The notes beneath the pieces were generated by a model. It was not told the DNA's origin, did not search any database, and saw only the letters and a program-made list of their open reading frames with translations. From Octopus sinensis (Eukaryota), in the NCBI RefSeq assembly GCF_006345805.1, contig NW_021836002.1:1-25785 (forward strand): 25,785 nt of DNA, in the 5' to 3' direction. Of this stretch, positions 11,515-22,253 are shown one piece after another. The position numbers and the translations under genes were made by a program. Positions within the stretch are counted from its first letter, which is position 1, and each line of letters begins with the position of its first letter.

Positions 11515-11886
11515 CTAGCAGTATCGCCCGGCGTTGCTCGGGTTTGTAAGGGAATAAATATAAAGCATTTTTAGAGAGTTATAGCAAAATAATGGAAAAA
11601 AAATTTTGGTAAATTTATTTTTGAGAGTTTAAAAAGGTGGAGTTGCGTCCCTAGACAGTCTGTGGTTTTGTGTTCTGATTCTCGACCCCATGTCGAATTT
11701 ATCGATTTTTTTCAAACGGGGGGAACTTTCAAAATTTTCGCTGCGTTAGTTTTGAATTATGACATTGGGCTATGTGTGTGTCAAGTTTCATCAGAATAGG
11801 TTGAAAGCCGTGGTCAGGGTGAGGGTACAACCTAACAGACACACAGAAACACACACAGACAAACTGCCGTTTATATAGAGAGAGAT
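11514..11886 (+). mobile_element. Non-autonomous Helitron/Helentron-like element (DINE-1/Lep1-type architecture)
   Basis: Begins ACTAGCAGTATCGCCCGGCGTTGCTCGGG (subterminal hairpin), ends aagtttcatcagaataggttg..cagacacacagaaacacacacagacaaactgccgtttatatagagagagat; inserted in a (TA)n run with no TSD. Confidence 0.65.
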
Positions 11887-12076
11887 ATGTATGTATGTAT
11901 ATATATATATATATAGATATATATATAATATATATATATTATATATATATATATTTATATGTTTATATACATATATATACATACATAACATATATATATA
12001 TTATGAGAGACAACGTAAAGGGGGAATGGTAATGTGGGAGGTGACAAGAATTAGAAGCAGTGGGGCAAGAGCACAA

Positions 12077-12420
12077 GAGTGGCTGTGTGGTAAGAAGCAT
12101 GCTTGCCAACCACATGGCTCTGGGTTCAGTCCCATTGCATGGCACATTGGGCAAATCAAAACCTTGTGAGTGGATCTGTTAGACGAAAACTGAAAGAAGC
12201 CCATCAGATATATTTATGTGTCTCTGCTTCGCCCACCAAAGAGCTTGACAACCAATATTGGTATGTTTACATCCCTGTAACTTAGCAATTTGGCTAAAGA
12301 GACCAATAGAATAAGTATTGGTCTTAGAAAGAATAAGTCCTGAGGTTGATTTGTTTCACTAAAGGCAGTGCTCCAGCATGGCCACACTCAAATGACTGAA
12401 GCAAGTACAAGAATAAAAGA
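12077..12420 (+). mobile_element. Family-A tRNA-derived SINE, full length
   Basis: gagtggctgtgtggtaag (A-box-like), gggttcagtccc (B-box-like), conserved body ending gtgctccagcatggccacactcaaatgactgaagcaagtacaagaataaaaga. Confidence 0.8.
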
Positions 12421-12437
12421 ATATATATATATATACA

Positions 12438-12764
12438 CGTCGCCTTACTGGCACTTGTACCCGGGCTAGTAGGGTGCTAAGAGCATCATCCAAGCGTGAT
12501 CGTTGCCAGAGTGGTTAACTGGCTTCCGTGTCAGTGGAACGTAAAAGACACCATTCGAGTGAGGTCGTTGCCAGTACTGCCTGACTGGCATGTAAAATGC
12601 ACCCACTACAGTCTCGGAGTGGTTGGCGTTAGAAGGGCATCCAGCTGTAGAAACTCTGCCAGATAAGATTGGAGCCTGGTGCAACCATCTGGTTTGCCAG
12701 CCCTCAGTCAAAATCGTCCAACCCATGCTAGCATGGAAGGCAGACGTAAACGATGATGATGATG
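12438..12764 (+). mobile_element. Family-B SINE-like retroposon
   Basis: ggttggcgttagaagggcatccagctgtagaaac...ccaacccatgctagcatggaaggcagacgtaaacgatgatgatgat. Confidence 0.8.
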
Positions 12765-12800
12765 GACATAACATATTAATATATATATTATATATATATA

Positions 12801-12857
12801 CATCATCATCATCGTTTAGCGTCCGTTTTCCATGCTAGTATGGGTTGGACGTATATA

Positions 12858-12913
<56 letters not shown>

Positions 12914-13090
12914 CAAATTATGAGAGAGAAAAACATCATCTGATATATTATAAAGGTTTTGACATCCATTTTCCCTAACTGGCATGGGTAGGACAGTTGA
13001 CGAGGAGCAGTGACCAGAGGACATTGCTGAGCTCCAATGAAAGATTTGGCAAGATTTCTACAGCTGGATGATCTTCTTAACACCAGATGC
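12801..13090 (-). mobile_element. Two family-B fragments (12801-12851 and ~12960-13090)
   Basis: catcatcatcatcgtttagcgtccgttttccatgctagtatgggttggacg, and a more decayed copy containing tttctacagctggatgatcttcttaacacc. Confidence 0.65.
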
Positions 13091-13590
13091 ACACCACACA
13101 CGTGTGTATGTGTTTATGTATGCATAAAAGTATATGAATGTATAAACATGGGTTTACTTATGTTTGATATTACATCTGATTTTGTATGCTAGCATGGTTA
13201 GGTGAATATATATGAAGCATTGTTTACAGACAGCCTTCCTATTGCTCACCCAAAACCATTTTGCAAGAACAAAAGTTCTTATTTCCCATGTCTCCAAGGT
13301 GGGTGTGATTGGTTGACAGATTGTTTCTGTTTGGAGCAACTTAAAAGAGATTGCAAACATAAACAAATGCACAGACACCTACGCGCACACACACTCAGCT
13401 CGAGTTCACTGCTCCTGTAGCAGAAACAGCTGGAAGCTAATGAAGGTGTCTAGTAACTCTTGTTCTTTTGTCGTTCATTGATTCATATCTATAAACATAC
13501 ATAGACACAAATATTTGTACATGGGTATGTGAAGGTATATATATGTATATATATATATTATACATAATATATATATATATATATATATAT

Positions 13591-13945
13591 CATCATCATT
13601 ATTTCCATCCGCTTTCAATGCTAGCATGGGTGGGACGGTTCAACTGGGGTGTGGGAAACAGAAGGCTGCACTAGGCCCAGTCTGATCTGGCAAAGTTTCT
13701 ACAGCTGGATGTCCTTCGTAACACCAACCACTCCGTGAGTGTGTAGTGGGTGCTTTTTATGTGCCACCGGCACGGGGGCCAGGCGATGCTGGCAATGGCC
13801 ATGATCGGATGGTGCTTTTTATGTGCTACCAGCACGAAGGCCAGTCGGGCGGCGCTGGCTACGGTCACGTTCAGATGGTTCTTTTACATACCACCGGCAC
13901 TGGTATCACAACTACAATTTCCATTGATGTTGATTGACTTGGATT
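13591..13945 (-). mobile_element. Family-B SINE-like retroposon with three internal ~60-bp units
   Basis: catcatcatt..catgctagcatgggtgggacgg...gtttctacagctggatgtccttcgtaacaccaacc...ggtgctttttatgtgccaccggcac. Confidence 0.8.
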
Positions 13946-14021
13946 TTGATTTTGATTTATATATATAAATATTTAGCAGAAGTAACAAAGTGACCCAAGA
14001 TCCGAAAGTTTCGTTTATTAG

Positions 14022-14083
14022 CATTTATCAAACTGGTTCTTTGGAGGTATTTCCCAGACCTCCAAACACCAGTTTGATGAGTG
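14022..14083 (+). other. Isolated stem-loop, pre-miRNA-like in size
   Basis: ATCAAACTGGTTCTTTGGAGGT (14027-14048) pairs with ACCTCCAAACACCAGTTTGAT (14058-14078): 20 bp, one small internal loop, 9-nt terminal loop, plus 5 further pairs (CATTT/GAGTG) including two G-U. Confidence 0.35.
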
Positions 14084-14394
14084 ACAACTCTTGGACCTTG
14101 AGTCCCTACTGTCACGCCCCTATCACCCTTACCTCTATCTTTCATCTCTCAATCACTCTCTCTTCTTCTTTTTACTCTACTATCTTACTGCTGTGACAAA
14201 GATTGGCAGTAAATCTCTTCTCTTCACCATTCTTCCAATGAAACTAGGGAGGTCACTGGACCTACCTGAGTCTCTCCCCAACACTCAACCACTCCATTTC
14301 ATATATTTATTACCTTAGATCTCTCACACATCCCAAGGCATATGTCACACCCAGAGATTTACTTTTGTCAAAGACATGGCGATCGCCTCTAGTG

Positions 14395-14553
14395 ATGGTG
14401 CCAAAAGATGCATCCAGTGCACATTGTGCAGTGGTTGGTGTCAGGAAGACCATCCAGCTGTAGAAAGAAAACCAGAAAATGTAACTTCAGGCAAGATATT
14501 CTTTGAACCATCCAACCCATTCCAGCATAGAAAGTGGGGGTAAAATGATGATC
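14395..14553 (+). mobile_element. Decayed family-B copy
   Basis: gtggttggtgtcaggaagaccatccagctgtagaaa...catccaacccattccagcatagaaagtgggggtaaaatgatgat. Confidence 0.65.
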
Positions 14554-15025
14554 ACATACATATGTACAGACGTATGGATGTATAAATATACATATGTGCA
14601 TCCTTGTGTATATATTATACAATTCATTCTATCATATATACATATATATGTATGTGTATCCTGAAGAAGGTCTCTTTATTTTTTCATCCTCCTGGGGTCA
14701 AGAGAGTAACAGTCATTATTTCATAGACCAAGGAGGCGGTGGAGGATCATTCTGATGATGATGGGTCACCAGAATGTCTAAACACCCCACCAATATTTCC
14801 TAATCCACCTCATTAAACCCCCAATACTTCATAATAAACTACACCAAGTTATAACTCCTCACCTAACACAAAACAAAACACACTTCACCTGCCAAACCTT
14901 TTTCATACAAACACATCTTTCTCATTGCTACCCAAACATTGTCCCTTATATTAAAGATAATTAAGATGAACCTACCTTTCATTAATTGGGCTTATTCATT
15001 AACCAATCTTTATTATCTCAATCAG

Positions 15026-15218
15026 CAACAAATAATAACGATCTCTCAACATGCTGTCTATCAGTGTGTTATATTGAAAGCATCTTTGGATAAGCTTCCG
15101 AGTTAATCAATGTTGTGTATGATAATTGTGTGGATTATATTGAAATGTCGAGAGATTTACAGCATTTGTCAGGTTTAAGAACAGTTTCATCTCCAGCTAT
15201 TCGTATCTGTGAATCCAG
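15026..15218 (+). other. Possible upstream exon of the propeller gene, followed by an 89-nt GT-AG intron (15219-15307)
   Basis: Acceptor atcag| at 15025, donor CCAG|GTAAAT at 15218/15219, acceptor gatttgtag| at 15307; mostly open reading (..NVVYDNCVDYIEMSRDLQHLSGLRTVSSPAIRICES|RDVVFHY) with one frame break. Confidence 0.3.
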
Positions 15219-15404
15219 GTAAATATGATGGAAACCAAGCCAACCATGACTGTCACATCATTTCCAGTGCATATAATTATTAATAATACTTATATCCTGA
15301 TTTGTAGGGACGTGGTATTTCATTATGCAACCATAAATTCCTGTAAAATATATTAAATCGTTTTAGAAGTCAACACACATTCTACTTTGTTAGCAGTGTT
15401 TTTC

Positions 15405-15635
15405 ACATTATTCTATTGATATTCCATAGAAATTATAGTTGGCTCTGATTTTTTGCTAAAGCTTTCCTATCGAGATGTCAGATGTAAACAAACAATGAGA
15501 TACACAATGAGAACTAAAAACAGATGTTTTTCTCTTTGATCTCATTGTGTTTCCGTCTGACATTTCGATATGAAATGTTGTAGCAGGAAATCAGTCCTGG
15601 CTATAATTTCTACGATAATATCTGTAGAAATAACC
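15405..15635. repeat. Imperfect inverted repeat (foldback/MITE-like), arms ~75-95 bp
   Basis: tagaaattatagttggctctgattttttgc..tttcctatcgagatgtcagatg..acaatgagat (15427-15501) is the imperfect reverse complement of atctcattgtgtttccgtctgacatttcgatatgaaa..gcaggaaatcagtcctggctataatttcta (15539-15612). Confidence 0.75.
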
Positions 15636-15912
15636 TCAACAAATATTATTATATTCCTTCTTACTACAAAACTTTTCACCATCACTTATATTCAGTCAAT
15701 AAAGAAATGGTGTATTTATATCTTCAAGTTTTATTTCTAATGATTATTCCATTGAAAACACTTTAAATGTTTAACTTCACTGTCAAATAAACAATTTGTT
15801 TAATATATTTAATGAAATGTGTGTTTTCCTTGAAATTCTTTGAATGAATCAAGTAAATATTATTTTATCAAAAGCTTTTCACAAAACTAATAAAGCTTTC
15901 ATTTTATTTCAG

Positions 15913-18900
15913 CTTTCACGTAAGAATTAGTGAATTTGAAGAGATAAATTGTATTCGAAGGAAGAAAACAAAATCCACAGAAAAGAATATATTAACAGAA
16001 AAAGATAATAATTCTATATTCATAAAATGGAGAAGATTAATGAAGAAGAAAACAAAATGTTGGCTCTCGTTCCTGCCACAGTCTGTGATACAACACCAAT
16101 TTATAAGGGAACTACACCAAATCTTACCCAATATTAGATACACAAACACAAAGAAAACAGAAGAACAGGAAAGAAAAGACACAAAGAAATCTAAAGAACA
16201 GGAAAAGTCCATGTACCAAGTTTTTTTTCATATTGTGACATGTTACCGAACACTAATCAAAACAGACCACATCAATACGTTTATAGATTATGTAAAGGAT
16301 AATGTAATCACATGGACTCTCTGGGTTTAATGGATCTCGAATTTTACGTAATATCAAACGTAAAATGCCAAGATTTCTGGAATTTGCAAAACAAAATAAT
16401 GATTTGTTCACCTAAACCTTGATGGTTTCAACAAAGACTCTTTGACATTTATGTCACCTGTAAACCCATACAACCACAAGACCATTGAACCACCAAAAGT
16501 AACCACAAAATTTCGTCCTCTTCGGCCAGTTGTGACCAGAGAAGTAGGATTGAGGAATCTGGTGAAGACTTAAGCAACCCAATATCCAATATTGTTGTCA
16601 TACAAGGGGGAATTGTAACATATTCCCGCCCACTTTATGACAATATGTTGGTAACAAGAGACGGCAACAGAAACGATGTTCGTGGTCATCTTCTGTCACT
16701 GATTTTACCAGAATCAGTGAAGACACAGTCCTGGCCACCCTCCCATTTCGAAAGATGATTCTTATTATCAACCCTTTAAGTTTGGGAATCAAAAGAATTC
16801 AGCTAGGATAATCTTGGTTTCTTATTTGGAAACATTCTACGCTTATAGGTGTAGAAAGTTGGTCAGACCATATACGTCATTGACTGGGAAGAGAATAGAA
16901 TAAAATACGAATATAACGAAAACAAAGACCCCTTCAGATATTGCTGTAGGAGCACAAAATAAACTCTTAGTCCTTTTCCAATATTAACAGGGGTTACCTG
17001 TTACAATGTGGATGGCCAGCAATTATTTGAGGTGGTGGATACCAATTCCCTGGACATTCAAGCCACATCTCTGTGTACCAAAACCATTTTATGTCCTTCA
17101 GGGACATATTATTTATCGGATATCAGGTACAGGTGCTGTGACAACAAGAGGAATGGCATGAAATGCCGCCATATTTGTTGGCAGAGAAAATATTTTTGTA
17201 ACTGATTATTTTGATGTCCTTCATATCATTGGAACAAATGAAGACTTTTGGCCCAGGCAGTCACATAACCTCCAGCTATGGACCCCAACATGAACAACTA
17301 TATTATATTGAGGATTGCTACAACATTACAATATTCTACCTATGTACATCTTCTATATTAATAATTTACAAAAACAAGAAAGCTAAATTATTCACTGAGA
17401 ACGGGGAAAAATTAACCAAAATAATTCAGTTTTCCTTGAGCTTCCTTCTTTCTGTTGTAGAATAAACGCAAACAGATTCCTGGTATTTTATTGTGAAATG
17501 AAAGGATTTCAGTATATCACCTGTCCTGAACTAAGAAAAGGCCCTTTAATAAAGGTGCAAACTGGTTACATGAAAATATGTCATGTTGTATCAAATAAGT
17601 GTCTGGCTGTGACCACCACTGAAAACAAAAGCGAGGTCCATATCCTATTGATCAACGAAGATAAAGTTGACATTGCAGAAAGAATTTCTCTGGGACATCA
17701 TAATGTCAGCATTGCTGCAACTCCAATTAATTTTGTAGTCGTAGATGGAAACGAAAATAAAATGGTATTGTATTCCACATGTGGTGAAGAACTTTTCAAA
17801 AATACCTTCCATTCTATGGCTACCCTCATCAAATTTACTCTGATAATATTTATTTTTATGTCCTCTTCAGGAGACACTATATTCTCAGATGTTACGATCT
17901 ATATGGACCAATGAAATGGCAGTGGGAACTGCCTTTCCCTGTTCACCCTCACATTGCTGTTTTCCAAGGAACTCTTTATGTCCCGGACACTCAACTCAAC
18001 AGGGTTCTTCTTTACAAGTATCAAGACTGGTCGTCTGGCTGTCGTTTACCCACAAAAAATCCTTACATCAGAAATCTAAATCTACGACTCAAAGAAAAGG
18101 AGAATGACCAAAAACTTGTAATTGGCGAAATATGTAATCTGGCCAATGGACAGTTGGTGGTGTCTGACATCAAGCATGATTGCATGTTGTACATTTCTGA
18201 GGAAGGAGACATTGTGTCCAGATTATCTCTGCCATCTACAGCCACAGATATATGTCGATGGGATTCTAATCATATAGGGGTCACATTACCCCTACAGAAA
18301 CAATTAAGGGTCATCGGAAACCTATCAAAGACAGTGAGAAGTGTATCACTAAGGCAGCCTTATGTACGGGTGTGTAAGATGGGTGAAGGTGAAATTGTTT
18401 GTTATTGTGATAAACCATCACATTTAGACATTTTAGCCATCAATTATTATAATCAAGTCGAAGTAATTAAGACAATTAATATCCCTGTGTTTGTGAAATC
18501 ATTATCAATAGACAAGAAAACAGAAAGCTATTAATTGTTACTAGGGGAAAAGCTTTCATCGTACAACACTAGAATAGGTGGTGGTGGTCATGGCGGTCGT
18601 CAGATGGTCCCCAGTGTTTTAATGTCCCAAGTGAAACGTCCCCTCAGTCTCCAAGGTGGATCTATTGACCAAACGTCTGTTTATCTGATAGACAGAAGCC
18701 GTATGTTTGCCATAAACGATCAGATTTGTTGGTTAATGATCTCGTTACTAATAATCAACTTAATTATTATATCGACCTGGTGGATGTATTTTCCAGACAC
18801 ATTTCTCTCAGTGAAATGTTGTCTTCCACTTTATATCTACAGGACCTGACAGTTTCTGATAAAGCCAGACATATTCCTCTCCCTAAACATTTGGGAGACA

Positions 18901-21240
18901 AAGAACCAGCGAGGATTAATCGTTTGGTTCTTACTGAAAATAATCTGATTGCAGGATGTGACGAGGAGAATGGAAACATTAAGATATTCACATTGGATGG
19001 TCAGCTTTTGGATTCAATCAAAGTGAATGTTTATTATAATATTAAAATGTGTCGATGGCAGTCAAACACACTGGTCATTACGAATGGGGATCTTTCTAAT
19101 AATAAATACCAACTGTGGACATTAAAAGTGGAATTTCCATTGTCGTTGGTAATTTACCAAACGAGAAATATTATTAATGTGTGGCTTCTTTATCAAATAT
19201 CAACTGGTTTTAGTGAATCGAGAGATGGAAGACATTTGCATTTTGTTGATATTGATGAAATACATTCGAGTGTGAAGGAAATAAAAAAATAGACATACCT
19301 GAACCATTAATAGAGAGAGACGAAGATGGAATTATTCTGATATAATCCAGGATATTAAAGTTACTGATGAAGATGTCATCATTGTCTTCAACTGGAGATT
19401 CATCATTTTCTTCAACAGTGGTGGTCAATATTTACATTCAGTCAGACACTACATGGAGATTATTTGGTGTGATGACAGATGACAATTGATGACAGTTTTT
19501 TGTACATTTATGGTGAGTGGGAGAAATGTTTTGGTTCATCTGGATATCGAAACATTTTGTGTTTGACCCAGAATGGGGAATACAAGAGAATATTTTTAAA
19601 TAAAAGAATTTATAAAGATGAAGTATATTTCTCCAGTATAGACTGTAAAGGACCAAGGTTTGTTGGAAGCCCCTGGAGGAATGAATTGTATGTTGAAGGG
19701 TTGTTTATGGTGAATCGAGACAGCTTCCCGGTTGCTCGTTTACAAACAGACGAATGTCCTGTTCAAGTAAAAGATTTTGATGTCTCTGAGGAAGGAAAGA
19801 CAGTTGTGTGTGAAAAAGCCAATAATGGAAATGTTAAAATATTCGATGAAGACGGCCAGTTGCTACGTCACAGAAATGTTGCAAGTTTAGTTGGTGGTGT
19901 GTGTTTTACACAAGAATCACACATAATGGCCACGGTTCCTAAAAGGAAAGAAATATTTCAACTGAATGGAGAAGATTTGCAGACATCTCAAGTTTGGTCG
20001 AGTCTCATCCCTTATGGTGTAATATGGAGAAAAGTGGCGGGTATTTACTGGTGTGTACATAATGAATTGATTGAATGTCATTGCATAAAGATTGATGGGG
20101 ACCAAGTGAACATTCTGGAATCTGTGTCGTCATTAATCTTGATTCTGGTCTTCGTTTCCCTTCCATTACATCTGAAACGAACAAGGAATATTCAGTAATG
20201 AATTAATTAATAAATTGGAATACAGAGGAGGAGATGGAGATGGAGGAGAAGAAGAAGAGGTAAATCAGGTGAAATAATTGGTAAGGTAGATTAAAGGTGA
20301 GATGTGGTAATTACATAGCGGAGATTAATAATTCAGGAATTGATGAAATATCAGTGAGGAGACTTCCATATAGGACAGCAATGGTCCCTTTTTCCATTCC
20401 TGCATTCGAGGAACCTGTTGATTATGATTGAGGACATTAGGGACCGGAACAGTAAACTAATTAAGTTAGATGAGAATGTGAGTGTGTTGATGTTTCGAGA
20501 AAGTGTCACATTAATCAGAACAACAACAACACAACAGTGGACATACTTCAACATGAACAACAACACGAACACCACTGGACATATGTCGGTGGACAGAGGA
20601 ATGTTTCATTGTCGCCTTTGGGGAGAGAATGAGGGTCTTCAACAGGGATCTCCGTCGTTTAAAAACCATCAGAACTGAGAAATACTACAACAGGATTTAT
20701 AAATACAACGACAATCAACTCGTGTGTGGTGGTCATTATATTAGAGACGTAACTCAAGAAGAGAGAGACAAGAAATACGATAGAATATGGATGAACAACA
20801 AGGATTACTATTTTTGCAAAGACCTTGACATCTTTGACCCTTATTATGTGGATGTGGTTGATTTTGAAGATGGGAAATGTAAAGATGAAGTGTGTCGTGG
20901 GGAGATGAGATGGGGAAGGATGGAGGGAGAAGAAGGGGTGTTGGATGGTGTGGGAGTCACATCTTTTGGTGATGTTGTTGTTTTGAGGAGGGAGATGGAG
21001 AAGTCTGGAGGGTGGGAACTTTTTTGTTTTGTGGAATGGTTCAGGGAAAAGTCTTTGGTGAGGAGGATAAGAATAGAAGAAAGTTTTTTATGGTCTGGAT
21101 ATTATATCCAAGACCTCGTCTGACCATAATTGGTGAATGTGTTTATATAACAGATTTAAGAAACAATATTTACGAAATACCTGGACATATTGAAGAGGAA
21201 CATCTGAAGATGATGAAATCCGGGATTAAAAGATAATCCA
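15913..21240 (+). pseudogene. Large apparently single-exon gene for a protein with about six tandem NHL-like beta-propeller domains; frameshifted in this sequence (pseudogene or assembly indels)
   Basis: Overlapping ORFs 17498-17914, 17911-18534, 18726-19292, 19479-20198, 20629-21123, 21012-21236 chain into one coherent beta-rich protein with NHL-like motifs (PSDIAVGAQNKLLV, VTCYNVDGQQL, GTLYVPDTQLNRV, GEICNLANGQLVVSD, ATDICRWDSNHIGVTLP, NGNIKIFTLDGQLL, NGNVKIFDEDGQLL, CVYITDLRNN). Splice acceptor ttttatttcag| at 15912. Confidence 0.7.
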
Positions 21241-21432
21241 AAATATTTACTCCTCAGAGGGGATGATAATGAAGTCTTGAAGTTCTTGGTTTGGATGTTT
21301 CAGACAATTCTTTGATGGTTTTTGGAATTATTCCTGGACGTCAATCTTTTGCTTTCTTTATTTTGACAAATAAATATTTCCAGAAATATTAAACTTCAAT
21401 CTTCTTCTTCTTATTGTTGTTGTTGTTGTAAA

Positions 21433-21492
21433 TGGCTTCGCCCGGAATCGAACCTGCATCGCATACATTGCATTCTACACACTACACTTATT
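21433..21492 (-). other. tRNA-like relic or SINE head
   Basis: Reverse strand: taagtgtagtgtgtagaatg..gcaGGTTCGATTCCgggcgaagcca has a clear B-box/T-loop, but the T-stem is mismatched and no anticodon arm can be built. Confidence 0.3.
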
Positions 21493-21753
21493 GTTGTAAC
21501 ATTCCTCAACACTCTCTCTTTGTGTGTGTGTGTATATTTATATACAGTATATGTACATGTGTTTATATATATACACACATATTTAGGAATGTATGTATAG
21601 AAATAAGGCTATAAGTATGTATGTTTGTGTGTGTATATACGCATAATATATATGTATTATATATATATATAACGCATGCATGTATGTATAGGAATGTCTG
21701 GTCCGAAAGCAGAGACTTTCATAATCATTGATTCTCCATTAAAAGGCAGACGA

Positions 21754-22093
21754 CCACCGCCGCCGTCTCCGTCGTCGTCGTGGTCGTGGTCGTCGTCGTC
21801 TCCGCCGTCGTCGTCGTCATCGTCGCCCGCGTCGTCGTGGTCGTGGTCGTCGTTTCCGCCGTCGTCGTCGTGGTCGTCGTCGTCGTCTCCGCCGTCGTCG
21901 TCTCCGCCCGTGGTCGTCGTCATCATCATCATCATCATCGTCGTCATCATCATCATCATCATCGTCGTCTTCATCGTCGTCATCATCATCATCATCGTCA
22001 TCACCATCATCGTCATCATCGCCATCATCATCGTCATCACCATCATCGTCATCATCGCCATCATCATCGTCATCATCATCATCGTCGTCATCA
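21754..22093. repeat. Compound trinucleotide repeat (GTC/GCC/GTG grading into ATC)
   Basis: Directly visible; includes an exact 36-bp duplication (21991-22026 = 22027-22062). Confidence 0.95.
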
Positions 22094-22253
22094 GCGTTGT
22101 GTGTGCGTGTGTGCATTTGCATCTGACAGTTTTTACGTTTAAAAGAATAGATTGTTTTGTTGTTGTTGTTGCAGTGACATTCCAACTGCACACACGCACA
22201 AACATTGCCTTTCGTCCTCGTAGGGTTGTTGTTGTTGTTGTTGCTGTTGGGGT

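Noticed and set aside
5450-13600. Numerous 60-100 aa ORFs rich in Y/I/C/V/H/T in the ORF track
   Set aside because: They are translations of (TA)n/(CA)n microsatellites and SINE sequence, not genes.
14748-14790. CTGATGA motif inside a short inverted repeat, a possible hammerhead core
   Set aside because: No GAAA follows a proper helix II and no helix III/NUH can be built.
17159-18534. Idea that A-to-I editing rescues the in-frame stops of the propeller gene
   Set aside because: Editing could convert a stop to Trp but cannot repair the many frameshifts; sequencing error or pseudogenisation explains the data more simply.
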